Origin: Balanoglossus misakiensis
Lineage: Eukaryota; Animalia; Hemichordata
Reading direction: 5' to 3'
NCBI GenBank assembly: GCA_040954595.2
Contig: CM082591.2
Coordinates: 2,904,259-2,968,258, forward strand
DNA: 64,000 bases
Under the pieces are notes generated by a model. That model saw only the letters and a program-made list of their open reading frames with translations, did not search any database and was not told the DNA's origin. The position numbers and the translations under genes were made by a program. This document shows positions 47,801 to 60,854 of the stretch, in pieces (positions within the stretch are counted from its first letter, which is position 1; the number at the start of each line of letters is the position of its first letter).

Positions 47801-50800
47801 CGCGATGATCAGTGGCCTGTCTAGCATTAATATCAAAAGGCTGGGACTACCTTCAACCCGACAAGCCATGGCTTTTCATGTACTTACCCGCTCATAGACC
47901 CTGTTGTCAAACTGCGACCAGGTGTCCGTCAGAAATCCAATGTTGGCTTGTACCGTTGGGTGAGAGTCACTGCTTGCATCATTGTCCATCGCTTTGAAAG
48001 TCACCAAATACTGGTAAAACTGCTTGTACTGTGGATGGAGAAGATTGTTTCAGTGTTAAAGCCCCAGTAACTCTTTTTTTTGGCAATTTTGTCAGTACGT
48101 GTATCAGCTCAAGTTTCTTCTACTCTGGACAAACTTGGCAAGCATGATTATTCCTATGGGCAATATGTCAAGAATGCTGCAGTAACATTTTGTCAACTTA
48201 CGATATCCCACTCGGGTTTGATAGTATCCACAGTGATGTACTGTACATGTCTGGCAAATCCCTCATTCAACCAAGAGGCGTTCCACCATCCCATAGTTAC
48301 CAGGTTTCCGAACCACTGTCAAACGTAAGGAAGATAAGTAACTCCATATAACGTTATAGAGCACCATGTTTGGCAAAAACATTGTTTTGGGGTTATATAC
48401 GAAGTCACATGTTAGTCATCCAAACATGAAACCTTCATCACTTGCGGCCAAAAGGACGTTATAGAACTAATACTTCCTTACAACAATGTCATGCATATGA
48501 TGACACGGCTGTTACTGTCTTACCTTATGCGCCAACTCATGGGCTATCAGTGCAGCAACACGTCGTGCTCTTTCTGGAGTGTTGACTTTTTCGTCGTACA
48601 GCATTCGACTGTGCTTGTACAGCACAAGACCCCAATTCTCCATGGCACCGAACTTAAACATCGGTAGAGATACCATATCTTCATCAGATGTAGAGAGGAG
48701 AGACATAATTATAGACAGACCCAAAGAGAGAAAGAGGATTCAGTATTGTAATGATCTGATACTGTTTCCCTTGTTCTTATCAATAGCGGTTGTGTAGCTA
48801 ATATTGCTGAATTAAAATCGGTGTAAGCTGTCCCTGCCTCTGCCGCCACCTACAGACAAAGTTTGTATACAAGTATGTATACATGTATGTTTGGATTCGC
48901 AAAGTGTGTTCGCCCTCAATCGTCGACTCACCAAGTTTGGGCAGTGGATACGGGATCTGCCACAAATCTTCAAGAAGCTCAAGTGCCGCTACGCCGAACT
49001 CGAGGGCAAAGTCAGTGGCATTAATAGCACTTTCAGGAGCCCACACTCGAAACTGAAAACAAGAAGAAATTCGCAAGTTTCACCGAGGGGTTCAGAAGAT
49101 TAGAAACGTACACTATTATAAAATGGATATGTTACTGCAAACCAAACCAACTGTCAACTGCAATCACCCACAAATGCCATTTTGATTCAAAATAACATAC
49201 CTGCACCCCGTTTTTTGTCGTTGCTTCTTTGCAGACAAAATCGGATACTACAGCAGCAAGCAGATATGTGGGCATGATTGGCGAGGTGTTGAAAAACGCT
49301 GTGTTCCATTCTCCCTCAGTCTCATTTCTGATGTTTGGCATGTTGGACAGGGCCCATCTCTTTGTCCGGTGTTTGATGATGACATCGAACGTGGCTTTCA
49401 AGGCGGGTTCGTCAAAACACGGGAGCACTCTCCGAGCATAGAGAGTTTCGAGTTGACTGGCCATTGCATACCTTTTGCCATAAACAAAATGTTGGAAAAA
49501 TAAAATGAAAGGCTTTTGAAATAATGAGGCTTCTGCTTTTAGATTGAAAACGTGTAGTTTTTTGTGGAGAACCTCAAGCATCCAAATTAGATCATCACTA
49601 ACGGTCAGAGTACCTTATCCCCCTCCAACTGCAATAGAGTGTTTGTTATACCATGCATAATTGAAAACAGCGTTTGGACATGTGGTACTGTTCGCTGCAT
49701 GGACTTTTGAGAAAATGCACAAAGCCGATACAAGAGTGGTCAGAAGAAATGGACTCTGGCTGTCAAAAATGCCAGGGTATAAATATAGTCAGAGTGGCAG
49801 TCTATAAGACCAGAATGATGTACTATGAGTGACCTCTGGGCGAGAACTGGAGTAGGTACAGGTCATATGGTTACATCAATTTATGGTAATAAGTTGACCA
49901 AAGCTTCAGCTGTCACAGATGGAAGTTTCACCACACACTTGTTTTGTTCTGAGGTTACATGGTCGATGGAACGTCTGCACGCAGTGACTGGCTAACAAAA
50001 GACTATTGTCCACAGAACAGACAGAGATGATCAGATGGATGACCCTACTGCCCCACTTTACTGAGACTTAAGGGTTCACTCTCACAGATCGATGATTGTA
50101 AAACCAATAAACACAGAACGTATTACATAGGTTAACTAATATTGTCACAACCAGAAAAGATGAACCCTAAAGAATTAAGATTGAGCCAAGTGCAGTAGCC
50201 GCTGTGCGTTTTATAAGGACATATTTTGAAAAATCTTACTTTGTTTCGCCATTCTCTTCGTAGACGTTCAAATAGAAAGCAGCCAAGTCGGTGTTATTCA
50301 TTCTTGCCACATAGTTCATCGAAACGTGGTATTGCTTACCACCTTCAAGCTTCTTACTGGCTTTGATGGTGAAGAAGTCATACTCTTCGTCACGAGTGAA
50401 GTCTCTGAGAGCGATGTTGTCCCCGCCAGCGACACTGGTCACAGTCACTGAATCTGTGTCAATGTCCAACTCCAACGCGTGCAGGGTTATGGTGTCGGTT
50501 GGCTTGGAGCAGTCGACGGTGATCCTCACTTCTCCGTCGATGAGGTTTCGCTTGTCGCCATCTTCCTCGTCCAGATATGGCGTAAACTTCGCTCGGTAAT
50601 TGACGGGCTGCAGGTTGTCCGACAAGCGTCCGTCGAACAGTTTCTCTGCTTTGGCCGCGACTGCCGGGAGGTCACCTTCAGTCGTTGCTGCCGGACACGT
50701 CCATCCAGGGTGCAGAAAATAAACCAGCAGTATAATTACAATTACAACCACCACTAAGATTATGATGGCCAGGAATAACACAAGATATTTGACAAATATT

Positions 50801-50850
50801 CCATCTCTCTCCTCTGCGGGTTTCACCTTGTAGGTAGTCTCTGAAGTCAT
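44880..50850 (-). pseudogene. M1-family (aminopeptidase N-like) type II membrane zinc aminopeptidase A, frameshifted in this sequence
   Basis: Exon 1 (50240-50850) has a TM helix and GRLSDNLQPVNY. Later exons give SQLETLYARRVLPCFDEP, GAMENWG, HELAHKWFGNLVT..WLNEG, FDNRVYERG and GYYRVNYD, with last exon ..ANIKWM..VDP* (stop 44880-44882). The exon starting at 47428 reads ..MDPWILKLGFPL-DT-stop (TAG 47342-47344), while the homologous continuation TRSNVHSAEVTQQFFRLDP is in the +1 frame. Family call is high confidence; pseudogene status is moderate. Confidence 0.75.
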
Positions 50851-52778
50851 GTTGACGCACGCCTGAATTGTAGCTCAACTGACCAGAGTGTTCGCGTCAC
50901 CCTAGCAAGGTCTAACACACAGACAAAAGCATACAAGAAACCTTTGTTGTGTCTCGAAGACTCTTTTGTTAGAGTTGAACCAACAGACTGTGTCCATGCT
51001 CAGTCGTTAGTGACATGAACAGCGTGACCACTGTACATCACTGTCTCTTCCAAGGAACTGATGGCACCTGTACAATTTGAAACTTAACATGACATGACCT
51101 GGTGTCCCCTTCCTGGGTGTGGACCAATCAGGTTTCATAGTTTGCAGCAGAGAGCACAAGTTATCTAAGAAGGAGTGTACCACTTAATGTTGAAATTCTA
51201 GACCACCGTTATTTTGCATATGTAGTTTGGAGACGAAATGGCGCGAATGCTTTCATGTCTGTCAGTGAACGGGGAGAGACAGACTGTTGGTTAGAACATA
51301 CAAGCCTTGTGTTCCAATGAAGATGCAATGCAAGCAGAAACAATGGGGCGTCATGTGAGAACCGAGCTGGTCAGTGCGAGCTGGTATCAGGTCACATATA
51401 TGTCACATAACTCCATCAACATGTTGTGAGTCGTCCGAGACACCAGCTGCTGCTATGACTTTCACCGCGCTCATTTGTTTTTTCTTCTGGGGTGACCCGC
51501 TCGGCCAATCGGCATTCGTGAATAACATACATGAACAGACATTGGAAACACCCTATAATTATTTATTTTCTTTATTGATTCCTTATATTTACTATTCAAG
51601 GTAATACAAATATTCTATATGCTGGCGTGACTAATTAGTAAGTTTTCACTCGGTTGTGCAAAAGTATGCATTTCAGATAGACTTATAAACTCATTTTGTA
51701 ACTTATCAGTTACACTATTGATGTTCTTGATCACTCATGTTTCTAGGTGTACTAGAGGCAGCAAGAACACTTCTTATGCTTTATTTCTCATATGTCAACG
51801 AAAATCCTGTCAGTAAATCTACATAAATAATCATGCTATGCTTGGTGTGTAACTTTCTGCAGATAAAAGTCCAGTTTGAGGAACTAAATATATAATTATT
51901 CAGCAATATTCTCCGGAATCAAAAATGTGTCACTAGCTGTTAAATACTTCTACCTTATATAATAAATGTGAAATCCAAGCAGAACACGTCATGCAGAAAA
52001 GTCCTTTGGTTTCTTGAATATCTTCAAAAAAGTATGCCTGTATTTCTATTTCAGTGTTATTGCGAAAAAATGACCATCATTTCAAAAACAACCTCTAAAG
52101 CAGAGACATCGGATATTCATTGGCCGTGGAGCCTTACCTGATTACTAAATGTTCTAAGTATAAAAGTGGTCATCACTCGTCACCAAATTGTATATCACTT
52201 GACTAAAGGCCTGAACACATCATAATTATGATATTAACAAACACCCCTTAGATATAAAACTGCTCAGTAAAAAAGATATCTACAAATCAGTGAACACTCC
52301 GTACGCAACAGTACTGTTTCTTAATATTACAAACAAACCTGTGACTATAGCAGCCACTAAGATTACCAACATTTACACAAACGATACACAAGCATCATAT
52401 AGACTATTTCCATATTTTCTTACAAATCACACAAAACAATTACTTTGCTTTGGAAAAATACAATGTTGCATTGAACAAATTGGTAAGTTTTCATTCAAAG
52501 AGCACATCTCTGTTAAAATGATTTTAAGTTAACATATTAAAAAATACATAAATACACAGGTTTTATGATGATATCTCAGTATGTATGTCTTGGTCATGGA
52601 TAGGCAAGGTTTCAACGATGCTATCATTACTCAGTATAGCAGTATGTATAGCTTAAATACTTCCAGTAAAAAATAATTGTGCATGCTAAACCACTGAATA
52701 TCTTTGATTGGCTGTATTTCAATTTGCCATGGTAACTTTAGCTAAATTTCCATAGGTGAACGCATACCTTTAATGACG

Positions 52779-55700
52779 TCAGTCTGCCCTGCTTTTCAGG
52801 AAAGTCTCAATTTCTTGGTAATTCATATCCATCCACTGAATGTTGGTGTTTAGCTTTCTTAGACCTGTGTAGAAGCCAAGGGCACTGTTGGCTGGCATGC
52901 TGTTGTACTTCCTACCAAAATCGTCATACTGTAGAAATAAAACAGAACACTGTTAGTATCTCTACACCATCTAATCACACTTTATACTATACGAATCAAC
53001 ATTACCACTGCACTAGGCGTCAGAAAGCCTCAATAACACTAAAAGTCTAATACCACCAAAAAACACTTGCATTTTACAGAGTATCAATCTTTCTATGCTA
53101 CATGTCTTACCTTGTCTTTGTCCGCTTGCGAGTTCATCGTATTGGTAAACTGCCATATCAAGTCATATGCAGCGGCTTCATCACTGAAATGACATCAGCA
53201 CAGAAAAGGGAATAATACCTTACACAATTTTTAAATCAACTCCATTCCAAAAACATGTAGATATGTCAAACAAATTTGGAAAACTTTGTCACAGCCTATT
53301 AACAGTTACTTTTCAATTCTGACAGAACATACAATGATATGATGATAAAATATTCAATCCACATGTACTTACTTCTGCGCGAGTATATCAAAGTACTCTG
53401 TAGCAAAATCCCATGCCATGAGAAATCCTACAGCAGTGGCATTTCCCACATAGCTGATTATCTCAACAGCTTGGTCAGTGTGTAAGTACATCTCCATGTA
53501 ATTTTGTAAGATCCAGGGTCTTGTACTGCAGGCTAGGGCTGATTTGATGTCAGCGGATAACTGTGCATCTTGAGAATTTTCTAACATGCTGTGAGTGGCA
53601 CCCCAGTCTTCCTCGTCTACATACATCATAGCTGCACACAGTACACTTTCTCTGATATCTGCATTTATACTGGAATGTAATTCAATACACTGCCGTAAAC
53701 CTCAGTTCAATTCATTAACATTACTTCTATGACTGTATATTTCACATGCATATAACATAAAACTGTACACTCATATCAAAGCATGTGAACATTTTGTAAT
53801 ACCAATTTTTCCAATTCACTTGTGTTTTACCTATCAGAGATCCTTTATTGTTAATAACAGGCTCAGGATCATATGATAAAAAGCTATAATAGCAAATTCT
53901 TATATTTTACCCTGTTACTAATCTATACTTCACACATTATTTTGTTTCATATAAGTTAGGGGTTAGATATAAATGAGAAAAATATAGGTTGAATATTTGT
54001 TTTCCTTACCTGTTTGCAACAGGATCAGCCAACCATTCTGAGAACAATTCTCGAGCCTTGGTGGTACAATTTCTGCCACCGAAGTTGCAAGCAATCCTAA
54101 TGGCCACTGTTGCTGAATGACTTTGCATTCAAAAAGAGAGAATTACAGTGGTAGTCAGTGATGCAGTAATAATTCAGTATACATACATTCCTTCTTTACT
54201 TCAATCTTCATTGCAGATGACATCAAAATTCCATTGACAAATATTAAAGATACACTATGAAGTATTTTTTCAATTGGCCGCTAGAGGGCACATGTCAATT
54301 ACCATGTGACACTGGTGGTACATATGCAACTTGTATGTCAAATCTCTTGTTAAATATGTTACAGAATACACCTAACATACATGTATACCAAGATATATAC
54401 ATTATACTGTAATATGTAATGAATGATGAATGAATCAAAACTCAAAAACTTTTCTCAACTTACTAATCAACATGGTTGAGAGCTGACAGGTTCCATCCCA
54501 TCTGAGTGATCAAGGGACTGACTTGAGCTTTCATAAATCTCTGGAAAAAATTAAATAAATGCCAGCATCTGTTAATTAAACCACAGTACATGTATGAGCC
54601 TTATATTACATGCTAAAATGTGTTCGTATTCAATTGCCCTCAGTGATATCAGACTTACCCTCAAATCGCCATAGAGAGCAGATCTCTTCAGCATCCTATC
54701 CACATACTGGATTCCATTCTCCACAGCCTTCCATGGTCCAAACTCTCTCTCGTTCTCCAAGTACTCCATGACAAGAAGTGAAACGTTGAAACTGAGTCTC
54801 TGTGCTTGGGCGAGATTGAAACTGTCGTCGATTAGAGCCACTCTGTTCTGCGTGGGAAGTACCTGGTGATTGGTGTGTAACTGACTGATGAGTTCGTTCC
54901 AGTTGTCATAGTCGTAATTGACTCGGTAGTAACCACTGTGGCCAACGTTCACCAACAGCCAATCATCAGCGCTGACGTCAGTCAATTCGAAGGTCACTAG
55001 AATTAAAGCAAACAAAAATTGTACCTGTAAGTTGACAAGAAAATTACAGTAAAACCCACCATGGAAGACAGAAATAAATAACTAAAGCGTTTTCTCACCT
55101 GACTGGGAAGTTAACCATGTATGCTGAGGTTCAATTGGACCTACATTACCAGAATGGGTGTATGTCAACGGTATGGACCAATATCTATATAGGAAGGAGA
55201 ATGAATGAATGAATAAATGCACAACCAGAGAGATAGACATAAACAAATAATAAATACATAAGTTAATAATAAACAAATAAATAAATACATGTTAAAGGTC
55301 CAGTTGACATTAACTTTGCTATTTTTCAATATTTTCTTATGAGCACATACCCTAAATCGGGATATAAGCCAGGAATTAAAGGCACATCGTTCGGATCCAG
55401 AAGAAAGCGTTCCTGCACTGCTGTGACCTGGCTTCCTGTCCTGGTGACTGTGACCACGGGATAACCCAGCTGCAGCAACCATGGATCCATGATTTCCTTG
55501 ATGTTGTTGTCTCCCTTGCCAACATCAGCCTAGGACAGTATGGTACATTATGTGAGGATACACAGAAAAACACAATATTCGAATTTTTGTTGCATGTTGA
55601 CCAATAAAAAGCATCCTTAGAAATGAAATGCTCTAAATCTACATTACATTACAGTACAGATATAGTGGAACGTTACAAAATGCTAGCATTGTGCCAGCAC

Positions 55701-58700
55701 TTTTTAGCAAAACAATAACATGCAGATATGGTATCACTTGACAGCCTATCTATCCTGTAATTTCTGTGTCAGAATGAATTTTGGTCACAGTACAAACTAA
55801 TTTTTACTTTCAAGCAAATCTCACCTTGATCAGAGATGACCACAGATCATCTTGGTGCACCGACTCGTATGCATTGTCTTCAAGGTATTGTCGTAATCCA
55901 GCGTAGAAAACTTCTTCTCCCAGGAAGGATTGCAACATCATTAGCATGGCTGATCCCTGTGACATAGAGTACATCAGAAATGGTAAGTAAATAACTGTAA
56001 CCATACTCATCCACATTCCAAAAAGCCATTGGTCTAATATATATATATGGCCAGTTGTAATGACAAACACATGTATAGCAATACAATCACAGCACAGGCA
56101 ACCTACAAACTACTCAAATATGGATTAAAAAAATACAATTACACTGTCTGTTGGGGTGAACGGTTTTGTGTTACAAAGCAGATTAAACTTACAATGTATA
56201 CAAGTCTTTACTATGTTTTGTAATGTTTTATATATACATGTATATATAAATAAAGACAATTATTATTATTTTCTGAACACCTTCAGAGAAGCATCTGATG
56301 ACTTACCCGCTCATAGCTCTGTTTCCCAAACTGATCCCAGATGTCGTCATACCAACCCACTGACCGCACTGTAGGATGCGATGCATAGGTGCCATCAACC
56401 ATCATTGCAGACAACGTCACTCTGTCGTGGTAAAACTGTTGATACTGGAGACAGGACGAAAACACATACATATTAACTTGACAATCGCTCAAACATTTTT
56501 TCCTCAGTTGATTTGTCTCAAGATCTGATGCAGATGTAAAATTAGTTATGAACTGTACTGTACATTCTTCAACTATAGTACTTGCTCACCCTGGAAACTA
56601 AAAAGGAGTGCCTCTACATTCAATGACTTCAACTTGCCATTTTGACCACACAAGTACATGTATATGAGCTTGCATATGTACATTAGAAATGAATGCATAT
56701 GTGTTAAGTACAACTCACCATTTGCCAATCTGGATAGATATTATCCACAGCAACATATTCCAGAAACCGACCAAATCCTTCGTTCAACCAAGCATCGTTC
56801 CACCAGGCGCAGGTCACCAAATTTCCAAACCACTAAATAAAAGAGTAACACACCAGAAATAAAAAAAAAAAAATAAAAAAATCAAGAAAACAGAAATACA
56901 CATACATGTATTAAACATTACTGCCAATGCCTTTATGAGAATGTGACAGGATTTGACTCACAGAATGACTCAACTCATGAGCTATGACCAGAGCTGCAGC
57001 CTGTCTTTGAGATGGAGGGTCCACTCCTTCACGGACGAGCAGTCTAGTGTCTTGGTAGGTGATCAGGCCCCAGTTTTCCATGGCACCAACATCCAGCAGG
57101 GGCAGTGCAACCATATCTGTGGTGATGTATTCACAGAGAGAAATTAACTAGGAGAGTACTGTAAGTATCACAATGTAGTAGAAATTATTTATTGTTTCTC
57201 CTGGTACCCGTACTTTACATACAGACATACATACATACATACATACATAACATACATACATTTACATACATACATACATATACATACATACATACATATA
57301 CATACATACATACATACAAGAAATCTTACTTTTTTGTAACACATGTGTATTGTATAATGCTATTTTTATGCTTACACTTATTACTTACTTACCAACTTTG
57401 GGCATCGGGTCAGGAATACCAAACTTCTGTTCGAAGAAACTCAGTGACTGACTCCCAAAGTCTAACGCAAACTCAGTAGCCTGGAGATTTTCTGTCGTGG
57501 ACCAAACCCTGAACTGCACAGCAAGAGAAATTAGGGTGAAAAAGTTAATACGCATGATTTTCATTTCACTGGAAGGTCAAAAAAGGTGGGTATTTTTACC
57601 ATTTACTGATTCTTATCTGTACACTTTAGTACAACGAAAACCTGACGTTATTGACAAAAATTGTCAATTTGACAAAAATTGTCAATTTGACAAAACCTTA
57701 TTATATTAAAGGAGTCACATACCTGTTTTCCACTAGAAGTGGATGTCTGTTTACATTCAAAGTCTGAAACAACAACAGCGACAAGGTATGGGGACATGAC
57801 TTCTGTGGTGTGGAAGTACGCAGTGTTCCACACGCCAACCGTGTCATTCCTGATGTTCGGTTTATTGGAAAGCACCCATCGGTTCATTCTGTGAGCGACT
57901 GCAATATCAAACGTTGCCTTCAGGGCTGGCTCGTCAAAACATGGGTACATACGTCTGGCGTTTGTCAGAGCCAGCTGCGTAGAAGCTATGTACCTGGAAG
58001 ACAAAAATTTTATTCAGGATGCTCCGATCAAAATTTACATGAATACTGTCCCTGACAAGTTCACTGAAATGACTATGAAGAGAATAATAAGTTACATGTA
58101 CAAACTTTTGTTTAACCTTTAAACTGTGACCGCTGACGTCATATTGGAATTTACCCCATTGGGTCCAAAGGATATCGATAATGCATTTTTATGCTTTAAA
58201 GATGCTTGTCTGATGATCATTTCTATATTTTCGATAACTTTATTTCTTTAAGATGGGTCCCTAGGATCTTTTTGCTCGTTGCTATGGGCCTTTATAGGAC
58301 ACTACACTCAATTTTGATCGAAACCGTTATGAACGTCCGACAAGGGGCTTGTAACTAGTTAAAAATGCACACGATTGTGTGCACACCCCCTGTCCGAGTA
58401 TGTTTACGGCAGCTACCGCCCGGCCATAGGCCGCCACGCTAATACGGCAAAGCAGCGGTCAGCGATAGCGTGCGCGTCCTGTAACCACAGTAACTGGATC
58501 GAACGCTAAAAATCCAATGTTTTGTACACAGAGATTTTGTACCGTTCACGAAAATCCCTAAGGCTTTTTTCACAGGCGACGTAGGCCAGCCAAATTTGAC
58601 CTGCTTGTTGAGAACGCACTTCCGCATAGTGTGACGGATCGTTTTTTCGGTTTTCGTCGTGCTAAGAAGCGATACCAGTGGAAGAGTGCGTCCAAAAACA

Positions 58701-59805
58701 CCCAAAATCGATGACTTTTTCAGGTGTGGTACGGGTATGCTGAAATCGTAGGATACAACGATAATATTCGAAAACAAAATCCGTCACGATCTTCCCTGGT
58801 TCAAGCAACTAATGAATACGTATCAAGTTCGTTTTTGAGGTCACGGAATAAAAAGCCTTAGGCTTTTGAAATTTGACCTAACTAATTTGCATATCAATGG
58901 CGTCAGGGGGCGCGCGCTCACAATCGTGCGTATTTTTAACTAGTTACCAGCCCCTTGTTAGACTCTGAAAACGGCTTAGTCCAAATCGGGGTGTAATGTC
59001 CTATAAAGGCCCATAGCAACTGGCAAAAAGATCCTAGGGACCCATCTTAATTGTTTTTATTTCGAATAGCTTACCTAGTTTGACCACCACTTTGATAAAA
59101 ACTTCGGTAGAAGCCCACAGATCTACCTGCTGTATCTGTGCTGTTCAGAGAGCCACTGTATCGAATCGATATGGAAAACTCATGACCTCGAGACATATAC
59201 TCATCAAGGTGAACCATAAAGAAGTCATATTTTGGATCCGTCGACATGACCCTGATACCCATAGTTTCATCACCAGTGACGTTTTTGACCACTATGGATG
59301 CAAAGTGCAAGGTCAGACTCAACATGTGCAGAGTAATGACTCTTGTACTCTGGACGCAGTCCATGATTATAGTGACCTCTCCATCAAAAGTGAATCTTTT
59401 GTCTCCATCCTCCTCGTCTAAATAAGGGGTGACCTTTATATTGTAGTTGGTAGGTTTCAAGGTTTCGGGCAGTCGACCATAAAAGACTTCTCCTCGTTGG
59501 GCATCAGGTTTCGGCGGTAAACCGTATGTATCGACAAAGTGTTTTTTCGTTGGAAAGTAGGTGAACAGAGCCGTTATAACGATGACAATAACAGCAACCA
59601 CAGCCAGGCATATGAACCAACGTTTGGTAATGAAACATCCTCTCTTACTGCACATGCACTTGTACGGTACCTTGGAACTGTCAGTTTCGTCCCCGGTTGA
59701 TATTATGAGCGGGTCGGTTTCTTGTGGCTCGTGATGGTCATCCTGTCCCTGTTTTGAGTCCACACTGTCGTAGAACGGGTTGTTTTTGCGTTCAGCTTCT
59801 GCCAT
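52779..59805 (-). CDS. M1-family (aminopeptidase N-like) type II membrane zinc aminopeptidase B
   Basis: Exon 1 (~59074-59805) has a cytoplasmic tail, TM ([22 protein letters not shown]), [12 protein letters not shown] and GFYRSFY. Later exons give [50 protein letters not shown] (HEXXH-18x-E), [22 protein letters not shown] and GYYRVNYD, with last exon ..[13 protein letters not shown] (stop 52779-52781). No disruption in the exons checked. Confidence 0.93.
54275..54292 (+). promoter_or_regulatory. Candidate CTCF-binding motif in an intron
   Basis: TGGCCGCTAGAGGGCACA closely fits the bilaterian CTCF core CC(A/G)CNAG(A/G)(G/T)GGC(A/G). It is a GC island in an AT-rich intron. Motif match only. 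Confidence 0.35.
57216..57318. repeat. Imperfect (ATAC)n microsatellite in an intron
   Basis: Run of TACA/ATAC units seen directly. Confidence 0.95.
57650..57695. repeat. 18-bp self-complementary tandem repeat (2.5 copies)
   Basis: (TTGACAAAAATTGTCAAT)x2.5; each unit contains the TTGACA/TGTCAA dyad. Confidence 0.85.
58252..59046. mobile_element. 795-bp non-autonomous DNA transposon (MITE), Kolobok-like, in intron 1 of aminopeptidase B
   Basis: About 140-bp imperfect TIRs (GATGGGTCCCTAGGATCTTTTTGC.. / ..GCAAAAAGATCCTAGGGACCCATC), flanked by TTAA at 58248-58251 and 59047-59050. Purine-purine 5' ends with a TTAA TSD fit Kolobok rather than piggyBac (CCC ends). No transposase ORF. Confidence 0.85.
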
Positions 59806-60199
59806 TGTGGTGTCTCCTCGCTCGTCGCTCGGGGCACGTCTTTGTTCTTATATGAAAACGACAGCCCTGGTATCAGGCATTGCAAATTGCAACGTCTACG
59901 TGCAGTCGACGGCACTTAGGGCGACTTCTACCATCCAGTATTCTGGTAACCTTTCACCCATACCGTCGATAGGTTAGAAAACAACGTGTATGCAAGAAAC
60001 ATGGCCTCAAATGACCTTCATATGAACCAGAAAGCGACACACGAACCGTGGTTGGGGGCGCATTTTCTCGGTCAATCGGTCATTGACCTAATTATTGACC
60101 TTGTCGATGTATAATCTGCAGCTGGGTGTATGTACGGATACAGAAACGCGTGTCATAAGGCATAAAACTTCGCAGACGTCTTTTAACAAGAAAAGCTGT

Positions 60200-60205
60200 T
60201 TTATT
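60200..60205 (-). terminator. Probable polyadenylation signal of the PKS gene
   Basis: AATAAA on the minus strand ~650 nt after the PKS stop, at the end of an AT-rich UTR-like stretch. Confidence 0.45.
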
Positions 60206-60854
60206 TATCATATTACATGTGGTATTTGCAACACGAAAACGCTTAATTTAGAATGTGGAATCTCAGGATTTTAATAAATGAGTGTCAACTGGCTACTAAA
60301 TATTCTATATATTGAAACAATGTTTAATATGCAACAACAATCACATAATCTAAAACGAAATTGACTCATTACAGGTAAGTACAGCTTTGAAAATATCAAT
60401 ATTACAGTACACATATTTTCATGAACATACAAGTATTGTTACAATAAATTGAAAATATTAAATGGACGGAACTATAAGATTAAATAAGTACTATACGATA
60501 TGTTACATACATTTATGTAAAAAATACATTGTTTATAGAAAGGCATATATATGAAATAATACAATGATATAAATACACAATTAAGTATTTCTATGAAAAT
60601 ACACGTAATATAGCCTAGAGTATTACTTTCTACTTCCAGATTACTGTTTATAGCCCCTTGCATAATGAATATTCAATTCTGTAGGTTAGCCAACAAGGTT
60701 ATACTGTTGGCCAGTTAAATTCACTGTAACCACAACACTATCCACAGATCATTTTCAGGAGAATTGTGACTAATGAGGTTCGAAGAAACGGAAAGCTATA
60801 AAGATCAATATTGTTTCAATAATTCCGTTCTCCTTAAACTGGCCCATTCTGTCA

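Noticed and set aside
57650-57695. Link between this 18-bp repeat and the satellite inversion junction (both contain ATTGACAAAAA)
   Set aside because: An 11-bp AT-rich match is too short to exclude chance.
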